A DNA stretch of 64,000 bases, from assembly GCA_017961265.1 (NCBI GenBank), contig JAGCXN010000028.1, positions 77,874-141,873 of the forward strand, given 5' to 3'. Of the stretch, positions 35,029 to 43,930 are shown piece after piece. The DNA comes from Bacteroidales bacterium (lineage in GTDB: Bacteria; Bacteroidota; Bacteroidia; Bacteroidales; WCHB1-69). The notes below the pieces were generated by a model. The model did not search any database, was not told where the DNA came from, and worked only from the letters and a program-made list of their open reading frames with translations. The translations under genes were made by a program, and so were the position numbers. Every line of letters starts with the position of its first letter. Position 1 is the stretch's first letter.

Positions 35029-36492
35029 ATGAGAAAAGTTTTACTTCTTGTAGTTGTTCTTGCTTTTTGTTGCAACACAATTACATACGCTTCAGAAAAC
35101 GACAGCTTGAACGTTTTCTCGGTTCAAAAGGACAGCATTCGTAAAAAACCAAAAAAGGAGAAGGATCCGGACCGCAAGCGCACGGGCTGGACGTTCGGCA
35201 TCCTGCCGAGTGTGGCCTACGACGCCGACCTCGGTTTCCAGTATGGAGCCCTCTCCAACATCTACTATTTCGGTGATGGCAGCACCTACCCCGAGTACCT
35301 CCATTCGATTTATGTGGAAGCCGCCTACACCACTCGAAACTATGGGATTTTCCGCCTTTCATACGACTCCAAATACCTCATCCCGAACCACCGGCTCACC
35401 GTGGATATGGTCTATATGCCCGACGCAATGTGCGACTTTTACGGGTACAACGGTTTCACCTCCGTATTCAACAACGTGTGGCGTGACTCCAAGCACTATA
35501 CGGCGGAGGAGGGTTACCGCAGCCGTGCCTTTTATAAGATGAAGCGTGACCTGTTCCGTTTTGCTGCCGACATACAAGGCCCTATCGGCCGTAACTGGTA
35601 CTGGAACGGCGGCATCGGCTTCCTCGGCTATCTGATTAATTCCGTGGATGTGGAGATGCTGAACAAAGGGAAGAAGGAGGAGAAGAAACTTCCTGACATT
35701 CCAGGACTTTACGACAAATATGTGCAGTGGGGACTCATCAAGGCCAATGAGCAGTACGGCGGAATGCACCCCTATTTACGTGGCGGCATCACCTACGACA
35801 GCCGTGACCGTCAGACCAACCCCACCCGCGGTATCTACGCCGATGCCTTCCTGACCTACTCCGCCGCCTTCAACACCCAGAAGTTCGGCGACCAGCGCGA
35901 GTTCAACAACCTGCGCTTCAATTTTACTTTCCGTCACTATGTTCCGATCTATCAGGATTATATATCCTTTGCTTATCGTCTTGCCACCCAGTTGACCGTG
36001 GCGGGACAAAGTCCGTTCTATATGAACAGCTATTGGAATACGCTCTATATACAACGTGTTTTGTATGAAGGACTTGGCGGTAGTAATACCCTGCGTGGCC
36101 CGCTCCGTAACCGTATCCTTTCCAACGGCTTCGCCTTCGCCAACATTGAATTCCGCTTCAAGGTCTGCAAGTTCCACGTCAAAAAGGAGAATTTCTACAT
36201 CGGACTGAATCCCTTCTTGGATGCTGGAATGGTGCTGCAACCTTATAAAATCAGCGAACATGCCCTGCAGGAGGCTATCGCCGCCAACGACCCCGACTTC
36301 AATGAGGATCTGTCCGACTACTTCAACTTTGACAGGAAGGCAATTTACCGTCCGCACCTATCCGCCGGCCTCGGCCTGAAAGTGGCCATGAACGACAATT
36401 TCGTGCTTTCGGTGGACTGGGCGGTGCCGTTCAGCAAGCAGGACAACAATAGTATGGCCAACCTCTATGTGAAAATCGGCTATATGTTTTAA
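35029..36492 (+). CDS. Omp85/BamA-TamA family outer-membrane protein lacking obvious POTRA repeats
   Basis: 487-aa ORF with a signal peptide. Surface-antigen-type C-terminal barrel (LRGP..., GLGLKVAMNDNFVLSVDWA, terminal ...VKIGYMF). Confidence 0.6.
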   Translation: MRKVLLLVVVLAFCCNTITYASENDSLNVFSVQKDSIRKKPKKEKDPDRKRTGWTFGILPSVAYDADLGFQYGALSNIYYFGDGSTYPEYLHSIYVEAAYTTRNYGIFRLSYDSKYLIPNHRLTVDMVYMPDAMCDFYGYNGFTSVFNNVWRDSKHYTAEEGYRSRAFYKMKRDLFRFAADIQGPIGRNWYWNGGIGFLGYLINSVDVEMLNKGKKEEKKLPDIPGLYDKYVQWGLIKANEQYGGMHPYLRGGITYDSRDRQTNPTRGIYADAFLTYSAAFNTQKFGDQREFNNLRFNFTFRHYVPIYQDYISFAYRLATQLTVAGQSPFYMNSYWNTLYIQRVLYEGLGGSNTLRGPLRNRILSNGFAFANIEFRFKVCKFHVKKENFYIGLNPFLDAGMVLQPYKISEHALQEAIAANDPDFNEDLSDYFNFDRKAIYRPHLSAGLGLKVAMNDNFVLSVDWAVPFSKQDNNSMANLYVKIGYMF

Positions 36493-36518
36493 TTTATTGA
36501 TAATAAAAACATTCTGAT

Positions 36519-37697
36519 ATGGATATGCAAGTTACGCTCGTTACTGCCGGATATATCATTTTCCCGTTCATTATTATTATGCTTTTCAGCCGTTACAAGT
36601 GGGCGAAGGCAGCGGGCACCGTCATCCTCGCCTACGCAGTGGGCATCATCCCCGCGCTGTTCGGCCTTACCCACTTCGATGATGGGAGTGTCGGGCTCAG
36701 CATACAGAAGAACATTATGAACATCGCGGTGCCGATTGCCATCCCGCTGATGTTGTTCAACTGCAACTTCAAGCTGTGGACCAAATCGCTGCCGAAGACG
36801 GCCGCTGCCTTGGGTGGAGGCTTGGCGGCGGTGCTTATCGCCGTGGTCAGCGGTTTTTTCATCTTCCGCAACTCTGGCATCAGCGACATTACCAATGTGT
36901 CGGCGATGATGACGGGCATTTACACCGGCGGCACGATGAACTTCAATGCGCTCGGAGCAGCCCTGCATGTGGATTCCACCACCATCGCCACGGTACTGGC
37001 TTTTGAGATGATCGTTACCTTCCCGCTGATTATGTTCATTGTGGGCGGTGGCTACCGGCTTTTCCGTAAACTCCTGCCTTTCAAGGACGAAGCTTCGGTG
37101 GTTGATACCGAAGACACCGGCAGTCTGGAGCACGGGGTGGAGCAGTACGGTGATCTGCTGCGTGGCCGTGTGTTCCTTCGTTCGCTTGTGGGCTTGGCCA
37201 TCTCCATCGGCTTTCTTGCGATTGGCGCAGGGCTTTCACTGCTTATCACGGGCAAGCTTAACGAACTGGTGATTATCCTCACCATCACCACATTGGCCAT
37301 CATCGCCTCTTTTTCGCCAAAAATCCGCAACATCCCCAAAACTTTTGAACTGGGCATGTTTTTCATCCTCGTCTTCAGTGTGGTGGTGGCTTCGCAGTTC
37401 GACCTCAACAGCCTCGACTCGGGTTCGCTCAACATCGGTCTTTTTCTGCTGTATATCATTGTGGTAGCCACGCTGTTACACCTGCTCCTTTGTCGTATTT
37501 TCAAAGTCAGCGGCGACCTTTTCGGGGTGGCGTTGGTAGCGTTGCTTTGCTCGCCGCCGTTTGTGCCGCCCGTAGTCGGTGCAATGGGCAACAAGAAGGT
37601 GCTCATCAGCGGTATCGTGATAGGCTTGATAGGCTATGCCATAGGCACCTACCTCGGTGTAGCGTTGGCCTACGGTTTGAGCGCTATTGCGGGATAA
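36519..37697 (+). CDS. polytopic membrane protein (DUF819-like)
   Basis: 392-aa ORF, about 10 hydrophobic helices, no soluble domain. Confidence 0.5.
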   Translation: MDMQVTLVTAGYIIFPFIIIMLFSRYKWAKAAGTVILAYAVGIIPALFGLTHFDDGSVGLSIQKNIMNIAVPIAIPLMLFNCNFKLWTKSLPKTAAALGGGLAAVLIAVVSGFFIFRNSGISDITNVSAMMTGIYTGGTMNFNALGAALHVDSTTIATVLAFEMIVTFPLIMFIVGGGYRLFRKLLPFKDEASVVDTEDTGSLEHGVEQYGDLLRGRVFLRSLVGLAISIGFLAIGAGLSLLITGKLNELVIILTITTLAIIASFSPKIRNIPKTFELGMFFILVFSVVVASQFDLNSLDSGSLNIGLFLLYIIVVATLLHLLLCRIFKVSGDLFGVALVALLCSPPFVPPVVGAMGNKKVLISGIVIGLIGYAIGTYLGVALAYGLSAIAG

Positions 37698-37724
37698 AGC
37701 TTGTAACTTGATGAACTTGTAACT

Positions 37725-38624
37725 ATGATAACTCCTCCATTTTTAACCCATGGTGATGTGGTCGGCATTGTGGCGCCCGCCCGCAAAATCTCCGCACAAG
37801 AACTGAAACCCGCCATCGAATTCTTGGAAATGAACGGTTTTCGTGTGGCTCTCGGTAAGAATATCTTTGCCAAGGACAACCAATTTGCCGGCACTGACGA
37901 ACAGCGTGCCGCCGACATCCAGACCTTTCTGGACGATCCTGACATCAAGGCCATCCTTTGCGCCCGTGGTGGGTATGGTTCCGTCCGCATCATCGACCGC
38001 CTCAACTTCGATGGCTTCGTCCAAAGCCCAAAATGGATCTGCGGTTACAGCGATGTCACCGTGTTCCATTCGCACCTGCACCAACTCGGCTATGCCACAT
38101 TACACGGTACCATGCCCATCAACATCAAGGAGGAGGATTTCTATAGCCCCAGCAACACGTCGCTCGTCCGCGGCTTGACGGGGAAAAGCCTCGCTTACAC
38201 GGTTCCGGTGCAGCCGTTCAACCGCTGCGGAGAAGTCACCGCGCCCATCGTCGGCGGCAACCTCTCCATCCTGTACTCGCTGTTAGCCTCGGAATCAGAT
38301 ATCTGCACCGACGGCAAAATCCTGTTCATTGAGGATCTCGACGAATATCTGTACCATATCGACCGGATGATGATGGCGCTGAAACGTTCCGGCAAGTTAG
38401 CGAACCTGGCGGGGCTGGTGGTTGGCGGCATGTCGGATATGAACGACAATACCATTCCGTTTGGCCACACGGCGGAGGAGATCATCGCTCGCGTGACGGA
38501 AGAATATGGTTATCCTGTCTGTTACGGCTTCCCGGCAGGGCACATCGAAGAGAACATGGCACTGCGTCTTGGCACCGAAGCCACCCTTGCCGTCACAGAA
38601 AAGCAGTGTGTGCTGCGGTTCTGA
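37725..38624 (+). CDS. LD-carboxypeptidase (S66 family, LdcA-like)
   Basis: 299-aa ORF. GDVVGIVAPA N-terminus, AILCARGGYGS, nucleophile elbow ICGYSDVT, C-terminal GFPAGH. Confidence 0.8.
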   Translation: MITPPFLTHGDVVGIVAPARKISAQELKPAIEFLEMNGFRVALGKNIFAKDNQFAGTDEQRAADIQTFLDDPDIKAILCARGGYGSVRIIDRLNFDGFVQSPKWICGYSDVTVFHSHLHQLGYATLHGTMPINIKEEDFYSPSNTSLVRGLTGKSLAYTVPVQPFNRCGEVTAPIVGGNLSILYSLLASESDICTDGKILFIEDLDEYLYHIDRMMMALKRSGKLANLAGLVVGGMSDMNDNTIPFGHTAEEIIARVTEEYGYPVCYGFPAGHIEENMALRLGTEATLAVTEKQCVLRF

Positions 38625-38682
38625 CTTCTCTTATAAAAAAACTACAATCCGTATATCAGAATATTGCCGTATTTTTATCATT

Positions 38683-39312
38683 ATGAAGAATCAGCATCCG
38701 TTCAAAATATTAACAATCACTATCTTATTCCTTCTTCCACTCCTTCTTCCCGCGCAGAACTTCCGTGGCGGATTGCGGGCGGGCATGACCATGACACAGA
38801 TTTCGGGCGACGACCTGTCAGGATTCCACAAACTTGGAGCCTATGCCGGCGGCTTCGTCAACTGGCGGTTTATCCAGAATGACCATTGGGCTCTCCAGCC
38901 AGAAATCAACTTTGTGATGAAGGGCAGCAGTACTTACCTGAAGCCCGACAAGAACGGCAACATCGGAGCCAAGTATGTGCTGACGATGTATTATGTGGAA
39001 GTTCCTGTCTTGGCTAAGTATAGGATAATAAAGGGCTTTGAGGTGGAATTCGGTCCCACGTTCGGTGTACTGGCCGCAGCCACGGAAAAAGATGCCAACG
39101 GCAAAATGATGTGGCGGATGCCGTTCCGCTGGTTCGAACTATGCGCGATGGGAGGCATTTCCTACCTTTTCAAAGAGCACTATGGGGTAAACTTTAGGTA
39201 TGTGCAGACGTTGGTTCCAGTGCGCGTATGCGACGAACGGCACAGCAACTACCGCTGCAACAAAAAGCAGTTCAGCAGCGAGCTTGCTCTCAGCTTTTTC
39301 TATCAATTCTAA
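38683..39312 (+). CDS. small outer-membrane beta-barrel (porin-family/OMP_b-brl-like) protein
   Basis: ATG 38683 gives signal peptide MKNQHPFKILTITILFLLPLLLPAQ. Ends in the OMP-type ...LSFFYQF. The upstream part of track ORF 38506 overlaps the previous gene and is rejected. Confidence 0.6.
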   Translation: MKNQHPFKILTITILFLLPLLLPAQNFRGGLRAGMTMTQISGDDLSGFHKLGAYAGGFVNWRFIQNDHWALQPEINFVMKGSSTYLKPDKNGNIGAKYVLTMYYVEVPVLAKYRIIKGFEVEFGPTFGVLAAATEKDANGKMMWRMPFRWFELCAMGGISYLFKEHYGVNFRYVQTLVPVRVCDERHSNYRCNKKQFSSELALSFFYQF

Positions 39313-39372
39313 ACAAGTGTGCAATAATCACGGCGTTTTCACGTTACCATAAGTCTAATTTTTTCAAAACGG

Positions 39373-40101
39373 ATGAAATCCTTCAAGTCGATAATAGCCG
39401 CTATTTCCCTCATTATCTTCACATTCGGAATCACCGAGGCCGATGCACAGTCTTCTTTCGGTGTCCCGAATCTGATGAAGTACGACAACCAGCGGTTCCA
39501 TTTCGGCTTCCTGTTGGGCTATAACCAGTTTGACTTTACCATCCGTTCCAAAGCGGATCTGAGCGAATATGACTCCTTAATGGTGGTCAACACAGCGGCG
39601 ATGAGCGGTTTCAACCTCGGTATCGTCACCAACCTGCGCCTCGGAAAGTTCTTCGACCTGCGCCTCATTCCTGGACTTTCGTTCGGCGACCGCGTAGTCA
39701 ACTACACTATCCTTTATCCCGACCAGTCGCGGTTAGTGACCAAAAAGAACATTGAATCAGTCTATCTGGACATTCCCTTGCTGCTGAAATTCAAGTCGTC
39801 ACGTATGCACAACGTCCGTGCCTACGTCATCGGTGGCGCCCAATATAGTCTCGACCTCATCTCGGCCGCAAAGAAGAAAAACGCCAATCCGAGGGAAATC
39901 ATGCTGAAACTTTATCCGCACGATGTGCAGGCGCAGGTGGGCGTCGGCATTGACATCTACTGCACCTATTTCAAATTCACCACCGAATTCAAGATGTCAT
40001 TTGGGTTGGTGAACCTTTTGGTGGCGGAAGACAACGTCTATGCCTCCAGCGTCCAGTCACTCAAATCGAAAATGATGCAAATCTCATTTATTTTCGAGTA
40101 G
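39373..40101 (+). CDS. PorT/SprT-like outer-membrane beta-barrel protein (T9SS-associated family)
   Basis: 242-aa ORF with a signal peptide. Pattern GFLLGYNQFDF...GFNLGIV...YLDIPLLLKFKS...YVIGGAQYSLDL is typical of PorT-family barrels. Confidence 0.55.
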   Translation: MKSFKSIIAAISLIIFTFGITEADAQSSFGVPNLMKYDNQRFHFGFLLGYNQFDFTIRSKADLSEYDSLMVVNTAAMSGFNLGIVTNLRLGKFFDLRLIPGLSFGDRVVNYTILYPDQSRLVTKKNIESVYLDIPLLLKFKSSRMHNVRAYVIGGAQYSLDLISAAKKKNANPREIMLKLYPHDVQAQVGVGIDIYCTYFKFTTEFKMSFGLVNLLVAEDNVYASSVQSLKSKMMQISFIFE

Positions 40102-40106
40102 CATTC

Positions 40107-42020
40107 TTACGCTTCCTTCTCACTTAATTCCAACCAACGCATAGATGCCTCGTCGAGGCGGTCTGCCACCTCCTGATACCGCTGGCCCCATTGCACCAAT
40201 TCCTCACTTGTCCCCGTTCCAGCATTCATCTTCTCCAAAAGTTCGGATTTTTCCTTCTCCAAATTGTCAATTTCAAATCCAAGTTCCTCAAATTCTCTTT
40301 TTTCTTTAAAAGTAAGTTTGTTGGATTTTTCACGCTTTGGCAATTTAGGTTCATCGGATACTTCATTTTGCCGCTGTATTTTTTCAATTTTCTTCTCAAT
40401 CCGAAGTTCCTTGTCGCGGGCTAACTTATAGTCGGTGTAATTCCCGTAGAAGTCCTTGATGTTACCTTCGCCGTTGAAAACGAAGATGTGATCAACTAAT
40501 TTATTCATAAACCAGCGGTCGTGCGACACGATAAGCAAGCATCCTTTATAGTGATACAGAAGATCTTCCAGCTTGTTGAGCGTATCAATATCGAAATCGT
40601 TGGTCGGCTCGTCAAGGATGAGGAAGTTGGGATTGCGCATCAGAGTGATGAGCAGATGCAGCTTGCGTTTTTCGCCGCCACTGAGGTCTTCGAAGTAGGT
40701 GTATTGCTGTTCGTACTTGAAGCCAAAGTGATTCAGGAACTGCGATGCACCGATATAGTTTCCCGTTTCCGTGCGGATTACTTCGGCCTGTTCCTTCACG
40801 ATGTCAATGATGCGCTTGTTACCTTTCACCTGCAATCCGTCCTGTGAGAAATAGCCAAAGGTGACGGTCTGGCCGGCGGTGATTTTGCCGGCGTTGGCGC
40901 GCAATTCGCCCATAATCAGCTTCAGGAAGGTCGATTTGCCTGTGCCGTTCTTCCCGACCACACCGCATTTTTCGCCTTTTTTGAAAATATAGGAGAAGTT
41001 CCGGATGAGGACGTTATCGCCGTAGGCAAAGTCCAGATTACTGATTTCCAATATCTTGTTTCCAAGACGTTCCGGTTCCACATGGAAGGTGGCTGCTGGT
41101 TTTTCCACTTTACGGGTTACGTCCTCTTTCAGATGCTCAAAAGCTTGGATGCGGGCCTTGGCTTTCGACGTGCGTGCCTGCGGAGAGGTGTGCACCCACG
41201 CCAACTCCTTCAGATACAACTGTCTCATTTTCTCATGCTCGGCATTCTCGTTGCTAAGACGCTCCTCTTTCTTTTCCAGATAGTAATCGTATTTTCCGCG
41301 GTACCGGTATAGGTTACCGTTCTCGATTTCGAGGATGTCGTTGCACACTTGGTCGAGGAAGTGGCGGTCGTGGGTCACCATCAGCAGAGTGACGTTGGCG
41401 TGGGTAAGGTACGACTCCATCCACTCAATCATCTCAATATCAAGATGGTTGGTGGGCTCGTCGAGGATCAGCAGGTCGGTGTCGGCGATGAGGGTGCGAG
41501 CGAGAGCCGCCTTCTTGCGCTGGCCGCCCGACAACTCGCCCACCGACTTGAAGACGTCTTCGATGCCAAAGCGGGAAAGCACCTCCTTGGCACGGCTCTC
41601 GAAGTCCCACGCCTGCAAGCGGTCCACCTCCTCGATGGCACGGTGCAGGCGATCTTCGATTTCCCGACTGCCACCAGCACTCTCATGCAGTTCATTAGCG
41701 AGGGCTACGCATGTTTCATACTCCTTCACTGCCTGCACCGCAGGGGTCTGCGCGTTAAAGATGGCGTCTAAGACAGATGTTTCGTCTGCAAAATCGTCTA
41801 TTTGAGGAAGATAGGATACGGTTATATCCTTACGGATGACCACCTGACCCGCATCGGGCAATTCCACACCTGCAATGATATTCAGCAGTGTTGATTTCCC
41901 CGTGCCATTCTTGGCAATCAGCGCCGTCTTCTGCCCTTTTTCCAAACCGAAAGTGACATTCTCGAACAGCAGCTTCTCTCCGTAAGTCTTCGTAACGCCC
42001 TCAACCGTCAAATAGTTCAT
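40107..42020 (-). CDS. ABC-F family ATPase (translation-factor type, two ABC domains, no TM domain)
   Basis: 637-aa ORF. Walker A GKNGTGKST twice, signatures LSGGQRKK and LSGGEKRK, charged coiled-coil C-terminus. Confidence 0.9.
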   Translation of the reverse strand: MNYLTVEGVTKTYGEKLLFENVTFGLEKGQKTALIAKNGTGKSTLLNIIAGVELPDAGQVVIRKDITVSYLPQIDDFADETSVLDAIFNAQTPAVQAVKEYETCVALANELHESAGGSREIEDRLHRAIEEVDRLQAWDFESRAKEVLSRFGIEDVFKSVGELSGGQRKKAALARTLIADTDLLILDEPTNHLDIEMIEWMESYLTHANVTLLMVTHDRHFLDQVCNDILEIENGNLYRYRGKYDYYLEKKEERLSNENAEHEKMRQLYLKELAWVHTSPQARTSKAKARIQAFEHLKEDVTRKVEKPAATFHVEPERLGNKILEISNLDFAYGDNVLIRNFSYIFKKGEKCGVVGKNGTGKSTFLKLIMGELRANAGKITAGQTVTFGYFSQDGLQVKGNKRIIDIVKEQAEVIRTETGNYIGASQFLNHFGFKYEQQYTYFEDLSGGEKRKLHLLITLMRNPNFLILDEPTNDFDIDTLNKLEDLLYHYKGCLLIVSHDRWFMNKLVDHIFVFNGEGNIKDFYGNYTDYKLARDKELRIEKKIEKIQRQNEVSDEPKLPKREKSNKLTFKEKREFEELGFEIDNLEKEKSELLEKMNAGTGTSEELVQWGQRYQEVADRLDEASMRWLELSEKEA

Positions 42021-42030
42021 CCTTTTTTAA

Positions 42031-42065
42031 TTGAAAATTGAAAGTTGAAAATTGAAAATTAAAAG
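42031..42065 (+). repeat. heptamer array (TTGAAAA)x5
   Basis: ttgaaaa ttgaaag ttgaaaa ttgaaaa ttaaaag. Begins 10 nt upstream of the ABC-F start codon (minus-strand gene). Confidence 0.85.
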
Positions 42066-42086
42066 TGGTTTAATTCTACTTATATT

Positions 42087-42128
42087 TTATACCTATTACT
42101 TATTACTTATTACCTATTACCTATTACC
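42087..42128 (+). repeat. heptamer array (TATTACY)x5-6
   Basis: tattact tattact tattacc tattacc tattacc, preceded by tatacc. Confidence 0.85.
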
Positions 42129-42133
42129 TTCTA

Positions 42134-42170
42134 CTTTATAAACCTGATGAACTTTATAAACTTTATAAAC
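42134..42170 (+). repeat. three copies of CTTTATAAAC
   Basis: Copies at 42134-42143, 42152-42161 and 42161-42170. Confidence 0.8.
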
Positions 42171-42173
42171 TAC

Positions 42174-43598
42174 TCAGTAGCCGAGAATTTTCAGCATCGA
42201 TTTGTAACTCTGTTCTTTCGCAAAAAGCTTCGTAATGAGTTCCCCTTCTTCATCCCTATATATAATAATGTGTTTCGGGGCAGGGGTAAGACAATGCTGG
42301 ATTCCGCCGTAACCGCCGATGGATTCCTGATAGGCGCCGGTGTTGAACAGACCAATATACTGAGGATCCTCGTCTTCATCATCATGATGCTCTGTGGGGG
42401 AGTAGGCCTTGATTTTGGGAAGGAATACGGCGTTGAGGGAAGCCTCTGAATTGTAGAAATCCTGACTGTCGCAGGTGAGGCCGCCGAGGAAGACACGCTC
42501 ATACTCCTTCTCCCAATTGTTGACAGCAAGAATGATATATTGTTGGTCAATAGCCCACGTATCGGGTAGGGTGGTCATGAAAGAACTATCGATCATATCC
42601 CATAACTCCCTGTCATTCTGCCGTTTTTGCTGAAGAATAGAAAACAAGACGGCACTGGCCTCACCCACGGTATAGGAGCCGAACTCTGTAAATATATCGG
42701 GCTCTTCTACATCTTCACGCTCGCATATCTGCTTGATTTGGGAGACGATTTCTTCGGCCATATATTCGTAATCGTAATCGAAAGAGAGGGATGTTTTGAT
42801 GGGGAAGCCGCCGCCGATGTCAATAGAGTCAAGTTCGGGACAAATCTTCTTGAGGTCACAATAAAGACTGATGCACTTACCCAATTCATTCCAATAATAA
42901 GAGGTGTCATGGATACCCGTATTGATGAAAAAGTGCAGCATTTTCAGCTCGAACTTGGGGTTATTTTTGATTTTATGTTCATAGAACGGAATAATATCAT
43001 TATAACGGACACCGAGACGGGAGGTATAAAATTCAAATCGGGGTTCTTCTTCTGTAGCAATACGAATACCAATCTTACATTTCGTATTCACGGCTTGATC
43101 CAGCATGTCGAATTCGTGGATGTTATCCAGAACAGGAATCGTATTGATGTAACCCTTCTCCAACATCATAGCAATATTGTCGATATATTGCTGTTTTTTA
43201 AAGCCATTGCAGATGATGAAATTCTCTTTCTCAAACAAATTCTGCTCCTCCAAAACCTCTATCAAATTCAAATCAAAAGAAGATGAAGTTTCAATATGGA
43301 CATCATTTTTAAGCACTTCCGACATCACAAATTCGAAGTGAGAGCTTTTGGTGCAGTAGCAATAATGATAACTTCCTTGGTAATCGGCCTTAGCGATGGC
43401 CACATTGAACCAGCGGCGCGCTTTCTGTATATTTTGCGAAATCTTAGGTAGATAGGTGATTTTCAATGGGGTACCATACTGTTTGATGATATCCATCAAG
43501 GGGACGTCATTAAAATGCAGTTCTCCATCTTCCACTTTGAACTGCTCCTGCGGAAATTCGTAGGTCTGCGTAATCAGGTCGATGTACTTTGTCTTCAT
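42174..43598 (-). CDS. speA: fold-type III PLP decarboxylase, Bacteroidota-type arginine decarboxylase
   Basis: 474-aa ORF. N-terminus YGTPLKITYLPKI, the YCYCTKSSHF block and GGGFP, as in the short arginine decarboxylases of Flavobacteria/Bacteroidia. Confidence 0.65.
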   Translation of the reverse strand: MKTKYIDLITQTYEFPQEQFKVEDGELHFNDVPLMDIIKQYGTPLKITYLPKISQNIQKARRWFNVAIAKADYQGSYHYCYCTKSSHFEFVMSEVLKNDVHIETSSSFDLNLIEVLEEQNLFEKENFIICNGFKKQQYIDNIAMMLEKGYINTIPVLDNIHEFDMLDQAVNTKCKIGIRIATEEEPRFEFYTSRLGVRYNDIIPFYEHKIKNNPKFELKMLHFFINTGIHDTSYYWNELGKCISLYCDLKKICPELDSIDIGGGFPIKTSLSFDYDYEYMAEEIVSQIKQICEREDVEEPDIFTEFGSYTVGEASAVLFSILQQKRQNDRELWDMIDSSFMTTLPDTWAIDQQYIILAVNNWEKEYERVFLGGLTCDSQDFYNSEASLNAVFLPKIKAYSPTEHHDDEDEDPQYIGLFNTGAYQESIGGYGGIQHCLTPAPKHIIIYRDEEGELITKLFAKEQSYKSMLKILGY

Positions 43599-43634
43599 TT
43601 GTTTTGGATTTAATAACGATTACTTATCGGGCGG

Positions 43635-43642
43635 CAAAAGTA
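43635..43642 (-). promoter_or_regulatory. -7 promoter box TACTTTTG (minus strand)
   Basis: 36 nt upstream of the arginine decarboxylase ATG (43598). Confidence 0.55.
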
Positions 43643-43898
43643 CTACAATTTCACAATTATTATCCCAATTCTTAAAAAATTCTACAAAATAATTGAATTG
43701 GATTAAAGAAAAATAACCAAAGTAACTCTATCAAAGGCAGAAAAATCAACCAATCCGACTCACTTCCCATAAAAACATCAATTAAAAATCTAAAAATCAT
43801 CTATTTGACGACAACAGACAAAAAGTGACGCGAATAATCCTCATTAAGCTGTTAATAAAATCAGAAGCAGGAGCACTCGTTTATATATAATATTAATG

Positions 43899-43906
43899 TA
43901 TGTTTG
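43899..43906 (+). promoter_or_regulatory. -7 promoter box TATGTTTG
   Basis: Ends 24 nt before murA ATG 43931. Confidence 0.55.
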
Positions 43907-43930
43907 CGGCAATTTGAAAATCAATACATT

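Noticed and set aside
38506-38682. Upstream extension of the small OMP ORF (track start 38506).
   Set aside because: It overlaps the 3' end of the LD-carboxypeptidase gene in another frame. The signal peptide begins at ATG 38683.
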